Shown here: piece after piece, positions 52,701 to 61,751 of the stretch
Layout of the letters: each line of letters opens with the position of its first letter
Position numbering within the stretch: the first letter of the stretch is position 1
Source: a virus
Virus record (IMG/VR): IMGVR_UViG_3300044800_000286
Strand: one strand, 5' to 3'
DNA: 64,000 nt
Program-made: the position numbers and the translations under genes
The notes under the pieces: generated by a model
Databases searched by the model: none
What the model saw: only the letters and a program-made list of their open reading frames with translations
What the model was told of the DNA's origin: nothing

Positions 52701-53145
52701 CACGGGTGCCGGAAAGCCGATCACGGCCGGGGACATCGGCGAGGAAGGCAGGATGTATCAGCTATATGCCGCCGCCGCCAAAAGCAACCAAGCCGTTACC
52801 GAGACGCTCCAGCGGAACGCCGGAGGGGTCATGGCCAACCTGATGGCCGCCGGGGGAACGGCGGACATGACTAAGGGCTCGGTCACCTACTCCTTGGCGG
52901 ATTTCGATAAGAGCGCCAGCAAGTTGAACTCGCTGGTTCAGTCTGGCGCTGCGTGGAAGACAGAAGATAAGCAAGCGGGTACTATCACGCTCACAACTAA
53001 CTACTACTTGGCGGAGGTCACCCAGAGGCAGGAAGCGCAAAACAGTGTGACCGGTAGCGGGGCAGGCGAAAATCCCAACACCATCACGGGAAGGCCAGCC
53101 AGGCGTCTGGGGCCGCACGGAATTGCGATGGGCGGTAACCAATAA
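49729..53145 (+). CDS. tape measure protein
   Basis: 1138 aa, helical, A/G-rich, hydrophobic stretch; tail context. Confidence 0.75.
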   Translation: MPNVPNIPQGVSEQQPQANQQLNEAVSTMSQMAKDNKALLVALDEILQKTPSYAQHAAREFENLSFELKASLEYLTDAKEAMQAIQSFARKTKGGMFDTKSLDRASKIVEEIKAGQEKVLKLTGKNTDEYKKAGRALEQLTRWQKENEKSIDASGKAIEMNTEQMKKFSKMVEETVGNWNNLNRSLRSTNIGHMTRQVHSMSKAFAEIGIGKGFAARMDKYAAGAEIKGRVAEYKKARVDGNIAAAQEKKVQAQEWVRQNAGRLKLEGPLDFAKGPAREAVAERMGLGGAARKVFLSGVGGEDEAFKHGGGGMLKTGASMVAGAVEGGVGEAAGGLAAAALPLAAAAGVIELLREGFDKQAQQNKDMESSLGKAGLFAQPGIAGFDEARHNLTPATPFTRLGLSFDRNVKIAQALQEGGVGMRELVTGEGGRPAAEGVEGGEDFGVGGFGRYQRIAVGAGRVAGMTDVEGIKETVKLADQYAQTLSQSEDFFIRVAKASSAAGLSTTKYIEIVDEITNAFGRMNKGLDGALGALAEMSKTGRFGAEDLKSYMNFLTAGGPAKGMQALPMNTFLLQHMPALRENIQSGATADLTQTLAAARGELGPMADKLPGLEQLQGPDAQKTLNQLEDALTPWLNTLSESDRSSREKAITLLRMSTMRYAGAQSPTALGLASGLNYGQTPAGLAARNEAAAEMVMRIAKTTPEEFMRKGGAQGLSDEQRLRMTAALQIPGFEGFTEQTMNDIALQRPKLVPGMLAGMEGAMGETDNQKRNDYIMLSRTLLKEAKKFPDGLKMTMKNGKVGLADKDIDALTPDEVVDAIKENHTYLAGIAANTDTTGEYSVKMFQWNQTVDNKDRSEAMEKARMAGLRTQTTGDIIANAFSKWFNDLISITTKIMDRITGTSPGSRAAAQAAISTPEFHKKLIAATESLDKQANEQMKAMDSAKTADEREAASVRLEAIQRKRRGLETTPQNAADVKTLSDSIDGILQKYTGAGKPITAGDIGEEGRMYQLYAAAAKSNQAVTETLQRNAGGVMANLMAAGGTADMTKGSVTYSLADFDKSASKLNSLVQSGAAWKTEDKQAGTITLTTNYYLAEVTQRQEAQNSVTGSGAGENPNTITGRPARRLGPHGIAMGGNQ

Positions 53146-54656
53146 TGCCTGTTACAACGATCAACCTTCCTTCATCCGTGTCGCAGAGTTTGCAGTCGTT
53201 TGCGAATCAATACGGGCTCGACTCGAACGTCGTACAGGCGGTCGCCCAAGTCGAATCAAGCGGGAACCAGTACGACCGATCCGGTGCACCCTTGACATCC
53301 CCCGCTGGCGCAGTGGGAATCATGCAGGTGGAGCCGAGCACATTCAACGGCCTCACCGCGCCCGCAGGACAGGTTTTCCAATCGACCGGGCTTCCGTATT
53401 TCACGGACATCAACGACCCGCAGCAGAACATGGAGGCGGGCACGTACTACTTGTCCCAGCAGTACAGCACATACGGGAACTATCCGACCGCCTTGGCGGC
53501 ATACAGCGCCGGGCCGGGCGCTGTCAACAAATACGGCGGCATCCCGCCGTACAACGAGACGCAAAACTATGTTTACAACGTCTCCAAGCTGGCGGCAAAC
53601 GCAGGGAGCACATCGGACACGCTCGCCTCGCCAGCGCTGCAAAACACCATGAACTCGGCGGGGCAGGCCACGTCCCCCGCATCGACTTCCGCGCAGTTGC
53701 TGGCTCCCGCGCCGCCGCCCGATTCCCAAGAGCCTGTCGTCACGGCGCTCCAGATCGCCGACAGCAGCCTGAGCGCGACCGCTTGGTACGACGACACGAC
53801 TTTGGTCACCGGGAATTCCCGCATCCGCAAGACGGTGCAGCCCGTGGCGTTCAAGATTTACCTGAACCAGCAGACGGGGGAGTTCCTGAAGAACCCGGCG
53901 AATACCGGCCAGCCCATAGTCCTGCAACTGAACACGGGGCTGCAAACTCTCGAAATTATGAGCAAGCATGTCTACGTCCGCACGCCGTCCCGCACCGGGC
54001 AGCACGTGACGTTCTGGGGCATGCAGCCGGACCTTATCAGCGGCACGGGCAGCACGGGCGTGTTCATGAACCAGTACGGCTTGACCGACTGGTTCAGCGT
54101 CGCCAGCATACCGTCCGATGTCACCACCCTTGTTACTCAGGCGTTCACGACCGGAAAGGGAAAAACCGTGGGGGACTACGCTCAGGACTTGGCGCTCATC
54201 GCCCAGCCCAACGCCATGCGGGTGGCGGCTCAGGACTGCTTCGTGGAATTCCTGAAGATGTTCCAGATGAACGGCAACGTCTGGTTCTACAACCCGAACT
54301 ATGCGAGCTATCACACGGGGCAGCAGCAAACCAGTACGACGACTTGGTCAACGCAAACAGGACTCAGCACGTTCCAGCAGAACGCCCGGAACAACGACGT
54401 GTTCAGTCGCGGCTGGGTGGCCATGGAATTCAAGAACAACGTCTATCTTGGCTATTTCAAGGCCCTAAGCTGGAACCAAGACGCAGAAAAACCTTTTAGT
54501 TGGTCTTTTAACTTTGTATTTCAAGTAGAAAGGACGTTTACAGCGCTGTATGTTCCTACGCCGATTACTTCTCAGCCGCAACAGACGACTTCGAGCAGCC
54601 TGCCGAGCACCTTGCAGGCAGCCGGACCCGCAACAAGCGAGGGCACATACGGATAA
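53145..54656 (+). CDS. tail/baseplate protein with an N-terminal SLT lytic transglycosylase
   Basis: VAQVESSG, AVGIMQV, ALAAYSAGPG, ETQNYV. Confidence 0.85.
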   Translation: MPVTTINLPSSVSQSLQSFANQYGLDSNVVQAVAQVESSGNQYDRSGAPLTSPAGAVGIMQVEPSTFNGLTAPAGQVFQSTGLPYFTDINDPQQNMEAGTYYLSQQYSTYGNYPTALAAYSAGPGAVNKYGGIPPYNETQNYVYNVSKLAANAGSTSDTLASPALQNTMNSAGQATSPASTSAQLLAPAPPPDSQEPVVTALQIADSSLSATAWYDDTTLVTGNSRIRKTVQPVAFKIYLNQQTGEFLKNPANTGQPIVLQLNTGLQTLEIMSKHVYVRTPSRTGQHVTFWGMQPDLISGTGSTGVFMNQYGLTDWFSVASIPSDVTTLVTQAFTTGKGKTVGDYAQDLALIAQPNAMRVAAQDCFVEFLKMFQMNGNVWFYNPNYASYHTGQQQTSTTTWSTQTGLSTFQQNARNNDVFSRGWVAMEFKNNVYLGYFKALSWNQDAEKPFSWSFNFVFQVERTFTALYVPTPITSQPQQTTSSSLPSTLQAAGPATSEGTYG

Positions 54657-54659
54657 ACC

Positions 54660-55787
54660 ATGGCAAACCAGCCCGCTAATGATATCAGCGACGTAAGGCC
54701 GAGCGGCGTGAATGACAACGCTACCGTATCGCCCACGCAGATTCCCATCCGCGGCGAGAAACGGATCATCCCCACCCCGGTGAACCCGGCGGGCGAGGCG
54801 ACCCAGTTTCAGAGCGCATGGACCGCCGGTGGACAGCAGTCTCCGGACCAGAAAGGGTATGCTCCGGGCTCGACACGCACAGCCCTTGTTGAGCAAAGCG
54901 ACTTCTACGTCGCGGCGGCCATGGAGCCATACATCGACTACGTGATCATCCGGCTCCAGAACCGGGGGTCCACCTCTGCGAACCAGCAGACTAGCAATAA
55001 CGTCCCGGCGGTGTACAGGTTCCTCATCAATCCCGCGCAGGTGGCAATTTCGCGCACGACCCTCGACGGGCAGGCGATGACCCGCGCCGGATGGCAGATC
55101 GGCGTATGGGGCGAGGACTCCGTCAATGTCAACCTGAGCGGCAAGACGGCCGGGCAGTATTTCGCCTTCGGCATCACGGACAAGTACCAGCAATTCTCGG
55201 AATCGTACCGCAACCTTGAGCAGCTTCAGATGGTATTCGAGAACAACGGCTACTGGTTCGAGGGCGAGCAGGTAGCCGAGGGTCCGCTGGCGGCGGACTT
55301 TGCACGCCGCAGGATCAAGATGCACGCGGACGTGGAGCTTATCGTCGGGAACTTCGACTGGTTCGGCATGTTCGACACCCTGACGATCACCCAGAACGCC
55401 GACGAGCCGTGGCTGGCGTCGTTCAACATCCAATTCGTAGCATGGATCGAGCGGTTCCGCAGCGGCTCCCCGTACCAGAACCAGCTTTCGAGCGGTGTAC
55501 AAAGGGGGCATTCCTACGCCGCTTGGTTGTCTTCGACAGCTAGCTCCTCGCAGGGGATTCCGGCGAACGCCGCTACCCCGGCACAGTACTTGCCTCCGAC
55601 CCAGCCTGAACCAGTACAGCCATCGGCTACGGTTGTGTCTCCGGCGATACAGGTCGAGACCCAGAACGCTTTGCTGCCGAGTCTTGACACGACCACGGTG
55701 GATTCGTCGCCCATAATGAATACGGTGTACCAGACGGGGCTGTTCGCTCCTACGTCTCCGCCCCCGCCACCAACCGGAGGTGGCTAA
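54660..55787 (+). CDS. baseplate/tail-tube-initiator-like protein
   Basis: FLINP...TRAGW...WG...LSG.T pattern shared with the C-terminal domain of the upstream protein. Confidence 0.65.
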   Translation: MANQPANDISDVRPSGVNDNATVSPTQIPIRGEKRIIPTPVNPAGEATQFQSAWTAGGQQSPDQKGYAPGSTRTALVEQSDFYVAAAMEPYIDYVIIRLQNRGSTSANQQTSNNVPAVYRFLINPAQVAISRTTLDGQAMTRAGWQIGVWGEDSVNVNLSGKTAGQYFAFGITDKYQQFSESYRNLEQLQMVFENNGYWFEGEQVAEGPLAADFARRRIKMHADVELIVGNFDWFGMFDTLTITQNADEPWLASFNIQFVAWIERFRSGSPYQNQLSSGVQRGHSYAAWLSSTASSSQGIPANAATPAQYLPPTQPEPVQPSATVVSPAIQVETQNALLPSLDTTTVDSSPIMNTVYQTGLFAPTSPPPPPTGGG

Positions 55788-58495
55788 TGTCGACGATCCG
55801 CAACATTTCGCAGACGGTGCAGGAGCGGGAAATAATCAAGACCGCCCCCGATGTTGTCGTGTACCTTGAGGGTCTGCCCTACCTGCTGAATTATTTCATC
55901 GACGATCCCAACACGAAAGCGCACTACAGCATCGTGAACTTCAACGACCATGTGACCTCGTTCAATGCCGGGTACGACACGGAGGCTTTGGTTCCGCAGG
56001 CGTCCTTCGGCCTTCAGGTGCCCAACTATCTGAAGAACCTGTACATGATGCCGGGCGGCAACAACCTCATCCAGACGATGATGGAGGTGCAAATCTTTGC
56101 CAAGGGGTACTTTCTCGCCAGCAACGGCGACACGGTGTACCGCCGCGTCTTCAAGGGCTTGGTATCGCATATCGGATATTCGGACAACGGCAGACTCCTT
56201 GAGATATCCGTGCAGTGCCACGGCACGCTGCACTTCCTAGAATTGATGCAGATCAACTTGAGCCCCTCCATACAGACCGCGATAGACAGCCATGTGGAGG
56301 CTGTAAACTGGAGCACCATCTTCGCTTTCAAAAACCCCTATTTGATCCTCGCGGCGATGTTCGTCTACGGGCTCAACACGGCGGGATTCCAGCAAACTAA
56401 CTTGAACCAGGACTCGCCGTCCCTCCAGTCCGACAGATACTCTGCGGCGGTCTCCGCCGGTTACATCGCCAAGTGGCAGGCGATTTTGTCGGGCATTGCC
56501 AAGGATGTCCACATTTACGGGGTTTCGTACAAGGATGTCCTCGACAAATCGCAGGTGAAACTTTCCGATGTCATAAACAGCAGGGCGAAGAACACGCTTC
56601 CGGCGCAGTCGGTAGCGTCGCCGACAAAGGCTACGCCCGACCAGCAGGCGGACATATACTACGGCATGATCAGGGGATACCATCCGGACGCGACGATGAC
56701 CGGCTTTAATCAATTCAACAACAAGATCGTGTCTCGGCTGGAGAACATCCGCCAACTCATCCAAGCCATAGAGTTTGAGGGCTATCAGGACGTGGACGGC
56801 AAGATCATCATCAAGCCGCCTCTGTACAACCTTGACGTGACAAACCTTGGTCCGATGAATCAAAAAACTTCGCAAACCGCGCAAGGGTCCGGAGATGCAT
56901 ATTCCAGCGCCTCTAATCCCCTGACGGAAATCCAGGAGCAGACCAATCCGTTTGTTGTTTTCTTGTCCGAAATCCTCACGGAAAACGAGACGGAGGACCA
57001 AGCGGCAATCCGTAAAACCCGCGTGACCTGCATGGGGAACTTCAATCCCGGCATGCAGATTGCGTATAACGATGTGCTTCTTTCCGTGGGCGAATGGATC
57101 GACATCGACAAGCTCAAGAAATTCGGGCTGCGCGAGGAGCCCACGATCAAGGTGCCATGGATCGGGGATGACAAGCTAGCTCTCAGCATCCATGCCGTGG
57201 TGGAGACTGTCAGGGCCAATCGCGGGTACCGCACCTACACGGTTACTATACCGTTGCGCCCGGAACTGAAGCTCGGGTTTCCGATCTATTTCCCGCACAA
57301 GGATTTCTACGGGTACGTCAAGAGCCTCAGCATCCAGTACCAGGTGGGCGGCAACGCCACCATGACAATCATGTGCGACTCTATCCGCCGCAGGGTTTTG
57401 ATCCCCGCGCAGGCGACGGATTCCAACGGAGCGCCCTACACGTATTTCTACAGCGCCCCGAATCTTGTGTACCAATGGACAAAGGACAACTCTTCGAACG
57501 CTTCGACAGGCCCGAATCCCGAGCAGTCCCCCGGAAACAGCCTCCAGTTTTACCAGAGCTATTTTGCCTCGCTCGCGCAAGGCGGCACATCCAGCGGCAG
57601 CCAGTCCCAGGATTCCCCCGCTATACCCACGAACCAGCCGGGCTCCCTGCCCGCTACGCCGGAAGTGCAGCCGACTGCCGATGACTATATCCTGCGGACC
57701 TTGACCTCGCAGCGCCTCGCTTCGACTTGGGTTTTCCAGCCCGACACAGCAAGCGCCAGCTATGTCGTGAAGCAGGACACTTCGTATTATGTCAATGCGC
57801 GGCTTGTAGACAATCAGTATTTCAGGGACGTTTGGGGAGGCGACGGCGGCACAAGCAGCGTCATCCCGTACACGGACGGCAAGGGATACGAAGTACTGGC
57901 TCCTTTCCCGTGGGGCCGCTACAAAGACCTCCGCACGGTTATCAAGGATGTCACGGAACTGGGTTACGTCGCCCAACCTACTGATGTGAGCGGAAACGCA
58001 CAGGAGAGCCAGCAGGACATCAATGTCCTGAACGCCACTAACTCCTTCCTGTTCGCGGGCCTCGGCACGCCTACGGCCACGTCGAGTCCGTCCAGCCAGC
58101 TTATCAGCGCCTTGGCCCAGATACAGAACGAAGCGGACACGGATACGGTGATAGTCCTCGATTATTCCGGCAGCCAGACCAGCAACGATACGCAACTGCT
58201 CAATACTATGCAGCCCGACATACAGGGGCAGCTTGATGCATCGCTAGCAAGCCAGACACAAAATGCCGGGAATCAATTGATCGACGTATTAGTAACTGGG
58301 GCGGTCTCTCCGGTCAAGAATGCCCGTCAAGTGATGCAGAATATAAACTCAACGCCGCCTTCGCCAGCGGCCGGAGCCGGGCCGGGCAAGACGGCGGCCC
58401 AGTTCGCCAACACGCCCCCGACAATTGCGCCGGGGGCTGGTGCAACGCCGAACACTTCGACGGAGCTTGACCAGTTCAAGGGAGCGGACGATTAA
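55787..58495 (+). CDS. baseplate hub-like protein
   Basis: 902 aa; RVFKGLV, GKIIIKPP, IPLRPELKLGFP; context. Confidence 0.65.
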   Translation: MSTIRNISQTVQEREIIKTAPDVVVYLEGLPYLLNYFIDDPNTKAHYSIVNFNDHVTSFNAGYDTEALVPQASFGLQVPNYLKNLYMMPGGNNLIQTMMEVQIFAKGYFLASNGDTVYRRVFKGLVSHIGYSDNGRLLEISVQCHGTLHFLELMQINLSPSIQTAIDSHVEAVNWSTIFAFKNPYLILAAMFVYGLNTAGFQQTNLNQDSPSLQSDRYSAAVSAGYIAKWQAILSGIAKDVHIYGVSYKDVLDKSQVKLSDVINSRAKNTLPAQSVASPTKATPDQQADIYYGMIRGYHPDATMTGFNQFNNKIVSRLENIRQLIQAIEFEGYQDVDGKIIIKPPLYNLDVTNLGPMNQKTSQTAQGSGDAYSSASNPLTEIQEQTNPFVVFLSEILTENETEDQAAIRKTRVTCMGNFNPGMQIAYNDVLLSVGEWIDIDKLKKFGLREEPTIKVPWIGDDKLALSIHAVVETVRANRGYRTYTVTIPLRPELKLGFPIYFPHKDFYGYVKSLSIQYQVGGNATMTIMCDSIRRRVLIPAQATDSNGAPYTYFYSAPNLVYQWTKDNSSNASTGPNPEQSPGNSLQFYQSYFASLAQGGTSSGSQSQDSPAIPTNQPGSLPATPEVQPTADDYILRTLTSQRLASTWVFQPDTASASYVVKQDTSYYVNARLVDNQYFRDVWGGDGGTSSVIPYTDGKGYEVLAPFPWGRYKDLRTVIKDVTELGYVAQPTDVSGNAQESQQDINVLNATNSFLFAGLGTPTATSSPSSQLISALAQIQNEADTDTVIVLDYSGSQTSNDTQLLNTMQPDIQGQLDASLASQTQNAGNQLIDVLVTGAVSPVKNARQVMQNINSTPPSPAAGAGPGKTAAQFANTPPTIAPGAGATPNTSTELDQFKGADD

Positions 58496-60870
58496 TGATA
58501 GTCGAGGACAACAGGAGACTCTACAGGGAATCGCTGGTGGACAGGCGGCGCGACGATGTCAAGTTCAAGCCGTTCATCGCGCGCGTCCTCACAGTGGACT
58601 ATGAGCGGCATGTCCTGACCCTTGAAGAAGTCGGCACCGCGATCATCTACAAGGAAGTGCAGTGGTTCCCCGCCTCGTCTTCTTCGGCGACAGGCGGCGA
58701 GGTGTACATGCCGGAGCAATCCTCCGTGTGCGTGGCTGCCAATATCGACTATACCGGCGGCTTCAGCGACACCGTTATCCTAAGCTGGGTGAACAGCGAC
58801 ACGATACGGCACATGGACGCCATCTCCCAGCGTTTCGTCGAGGGCTCGGAGCTTCAGGGATACAGCGACCGCCTCCGCGGCACGTACCGCAAGGCGTTTC
58901 CGGGGCAGAAGACATCGTCGTTCACCGGGGGCTACTCGGAAAAGATCGACCAGGGCTGGGACCGATTGGGCTCGGACTTCAGCAGGGACAAGCTCGACAC
59001 CGACCGCCGCACCTGGACGCAGATAGCCGCACGCAAAGTCACGGTGACCGGCGGCGGCTTGTCGTACCAAGGCCCGATCAATCGCCCGAATGCGCCCGGT
59101 TTGGCACCTGTCACCCTTCCGGACGGCTCTCAAGAATATATCGCCTACTTGCAGCCCGGCGCGCAGCCGTCGGATCGCTATGTCAGCGGCAAGCAGGACG
59201 TGATCCCGTTCGCGGAAAACACCGAGCTGGTGCAGGAATACTCGCTGGATTACGTTCCGCCGATAGAAACCATCCAGACGGACTTGCAGGACACGATCCT
59301 CGGCACGAATGCCGATCCGTGGGGTCGTACCACGGTCGTCAGCCCCAGCGGCCAAGTGGCGTACGACAGCGAAACTTTCACGGTCATGCAGGGCTGGGAC
59401 CACCCGGACGACACCAGCCAAAAGCCGGTAGGCCCCGCATTGGCAGAAGGCGTGACCCCGGCACGGCGGGCTTTCATCCTCGAAAAAGCGGCGGGCACGC
59501 TGGTCGGGTACAACCGCTTCGACAAGCTGACATACGGCAAGGTCCTCAAGCCGAGCCTGTTCATCAGTCCTAACAGCACCTCAGCTAACGGACGCTTCGG
59601 AGCGGACGTGGAGTCGGCGTATTTCCCCGTGGTTGATTCCGCAGACCATGCCGAAGCGCGCTTGGCCGCCTCCTGCATGGCGATCCGCTTCCCCTACGAG
59701 TACAACACGACCCGCTTGGACGTGACCAAGGAAGGCTTCACGAGCTTCGAGATCGGCTCGACGCTGCCGAAGGAAAATATCCCCTTGGCCGGAAATTACG
59801 AGCACCCGCACGGAGCCGGGCGCTCCTTGGAAGCCCATCTCGTGGGATCGGCCAAGCTGGTCGTCGGCAAGAACCGCGACGAGGAAGAGGCGTTGGATGT
59901 TCAGGCGTTGGGTCAGGCCGTGATCCGGCTCGGCGCGGACGATACGGGATTGCCGAACGCCCGCCGCACGGTGCAGACGCAAATCCGAAGCAAGAGCGAT
60001 GCCCCCGCTGCGCGCACGCTCCAGTACTGGACCGCCAGCGGCGTCAAGCTGAAGCCCGGAGACTCCGGCGTGGACACGCAGGGCTACAACAAGACAGGAG
60101 CGGAGAATGTCTCGCTTCGCGCTGCGCTCGACGGCTCCGCCGCCGTGCGCCTCGGCGCTAGGAACCCCGCCGCCAAACGCCGCCATCTCATAAACGGCTA
60201 TCAGGATGGCCCGGGCAAAACGGCTTACGCTGTGGGCGATACAAGTCGCAAGGACGCCTATTCGCCGGGACGCCCCAACTATGGCGCTGGCGACAGCATC
60301 TATGCTTTCAACAACCTTACGGTAGCGGGGCAGCCGACTCTCAACATGCTTCCGTTCAACACGGCCGCGTGGAGCGGCACGCCAGTCCCGAGCGATCCCA
60401 GCACTACAGGCAACACGGCGATGGACCAGCACGGGCTGTCTCTCGACCTGCATTCCACACGGGACATCCTTGTGCGCGTAGGGTCGAACCCGGTTTCCGG
60501 CCAATCCATTTTGCTCGACACGGACGGCGGATTGGTCGCAGTCATTGGCGCTGACAAGCAGGGGCGCTCGGTCACAGCTACGTTGCTCGGCGGCTGCGAG
60601 ATCGTCATAAGGCCGAACAAGCAGTACAAGGCGTTGCGCATAGAGCTTGAGGGCGACATCGACATCACCCACAAGGGGAACCTCCAATACAACTGCACGG
60701 GCGATTTCATCACCGAATGCACCAATTGGCGGCACGTCACCAAGGTGGACAAGATTTTCACGCAGCAGAAGTCCATCGAGATGTCCCTTGTGCGGCACAC
60801 CATCGAGGCACCGGATATTGTTTCAAATCAAGGCTCTCAGCAACCCGTTCCCGGCGATGAAAACAGCTAG
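58495..60870 (+). CDS. baseplate central spike (gp5/VgrG-like) protein
   Basis: N-terminal OB-fold-like ARVLTVD...MPE.S; C-terminal beta-helix-like repeats. Confidence 0.6.
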   Translation: MIVEDNRRLYRESLVDRRRDDVKFKPFIARVLTVDYERHVLTLEEVGTAIIYKEVQWFPASSSSATGGEVYMPEQSSVCVAANIDYTGGFSDTVILSWVNSDTIRHMDAISQRFVEGSELQGYSDRLRGTYRKAFPGQKTSSFTGGYSEKIDQGWDRLGSDFSRDKLDTDRRTWTQIAARKVTVTGGGLSYQGPINRPNAPGLAPVTLPDGSQEYIAYLQPGAQPSDRYVSGKQDVIPFAENTELVQEYSLDYVPPIETIQTDLQDTILGTNADPWGRTTVVSPSGQVAYDSETFTVMQGWDHPDDTSQKPVGPALAEGVTPARRAFILEKAAGTLVGYNRFDKLTYGKVLKPSLFISPNSTSANGRFGADVESAYFPVVDSADHAEARLAASCMAIRFPYEYNTTRLDVTKEGFTSFEIGSTLPKENIPLAGNYEHPHGAGRSLEAHLVGSAKLVVGKNRDEEEALDVQALGQAVIRLGADDTGLPNARRTVQTQIRSKSDAPAARTLQYWTASGVKLKPGDSGVDTQGYNKTGAENVSLRAALDGSAAVRLGARNPAAKRRHLINGYQDGPGKTAYAVGDTSRKDAYSPGRPNYGAGDSIYAFNNLTVAGQPTLNMLPFNTAAWSGTPVPSDPSTTGNTAMDQHGLSLDLHSTRDILVRVGSNPVSGQSILLDTDGGLVAVIGADKQGRSVTATLLGGCEIVIRPNKQYKALRIELEGDIDITHKGNLQYNCTGDFITECTNWRHVTKVDKIFTQQKSIEMSLVRHTIEAPDIVSNQGSQQPVPGDENS

Positions 60871-60974
60871 TATCAAACATATGAACATGATACAGTATAT
60901 TTCCAGCAAACCGGAAAAACAGCAGCCTCCACTTTTTGAACCACCAAAAGCACTTACAGGAGTGTGTTTCTGGC

Positions 60975-61751
60975 ATGTTCGTTTACGCGATTGTAAACTC
61001 TCAAAACCTAAAGCTTTATATAGGCAAGACGATAAGGTCGGATTTGGACAAGTATCTTCGAGAAAAGGTTTGGTGTGCTCAGACCGAAAAATACCGAGGA
61101 CGTTCTCGCCTTTTTGCGGCGATGCAGAAATATCCCTCCACAGTTTGGTCGATTCATCCGCTCTTCCAAGGACAGACTGATGTGGAAATTTGCGCCCACG
61201 AAAAACTGCTTGTTAAGGCTACAGCCAGTCAGAATCCGGTTGTCGGGTATAACATTCGTGATGGCGGGGTTGGGGGCTCCTATTCTTCGGAGCATTGTTT
61301 GAAAATGAGTGGGCTGATGAAAATAATTATGAATCGTCCAAGTACTAAAACCAATGTTTCGGCCGCCCAACGAAAGAGGTTTGCAAATCCGGAGAATCGC
61401 AAGAAACACGCTCTCGCTTTTGCTACATCGTCTGCAAAGGAAAACAGGAAGGTGGCTCAAGCATGGAGATTGACACATTCCCCAATAGAACATACCGAAC
61501 AGTGGAAACAAGGGCAGTCTAAGCGGGCCTTACGATGGCATCACGACCCAACTAATTGCGGAGCCCGCTTGTTACGGGCACAACGAATTAGCGCCTCCAA
61601 AAAAGCCAAGAGTAAACCGCTCCTTGAAAAAACATGCCCGACTTGCATGAAGACATTCTTCATAAAATTCAAAGAGCGTAATAGAAGAATTTATTGCTCT
61701 AAATCGTGCGCTTCACGACGTAGATGGCAAAGCTGTAAGGAGAACAGCTAA
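60975..61751 (+). CDS. GIY-YIG homing endonuclease
   Basis: MFVYAIVN...LYIGKT, GYNIRDGG, C-terminal CPTC...YCSKSC. Confidence 0.85.
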   Translation: MFVYAIVNSQNLKLYIGKTIRSDLDKYLREKVWCAQTEKYRGRSRLFAAMQKYPSTVWSIHPLFQGQTDVEICAHEKLLVKATASQNPVVGYNIRDGGVGGSYSSEHCLKMSGLMKIIMNRPSTKTNVSAAQRKRFANPENRKKHALAFATSSAKENRKVAQAWRLTHSPIEHTEQWKQGQSKRALRWHHDPTNCGARLLRAQRISASKKAKSKPLLEKTCPTCMKTFFIKFKERNRRIYCSKSCASRRRWQSCKENS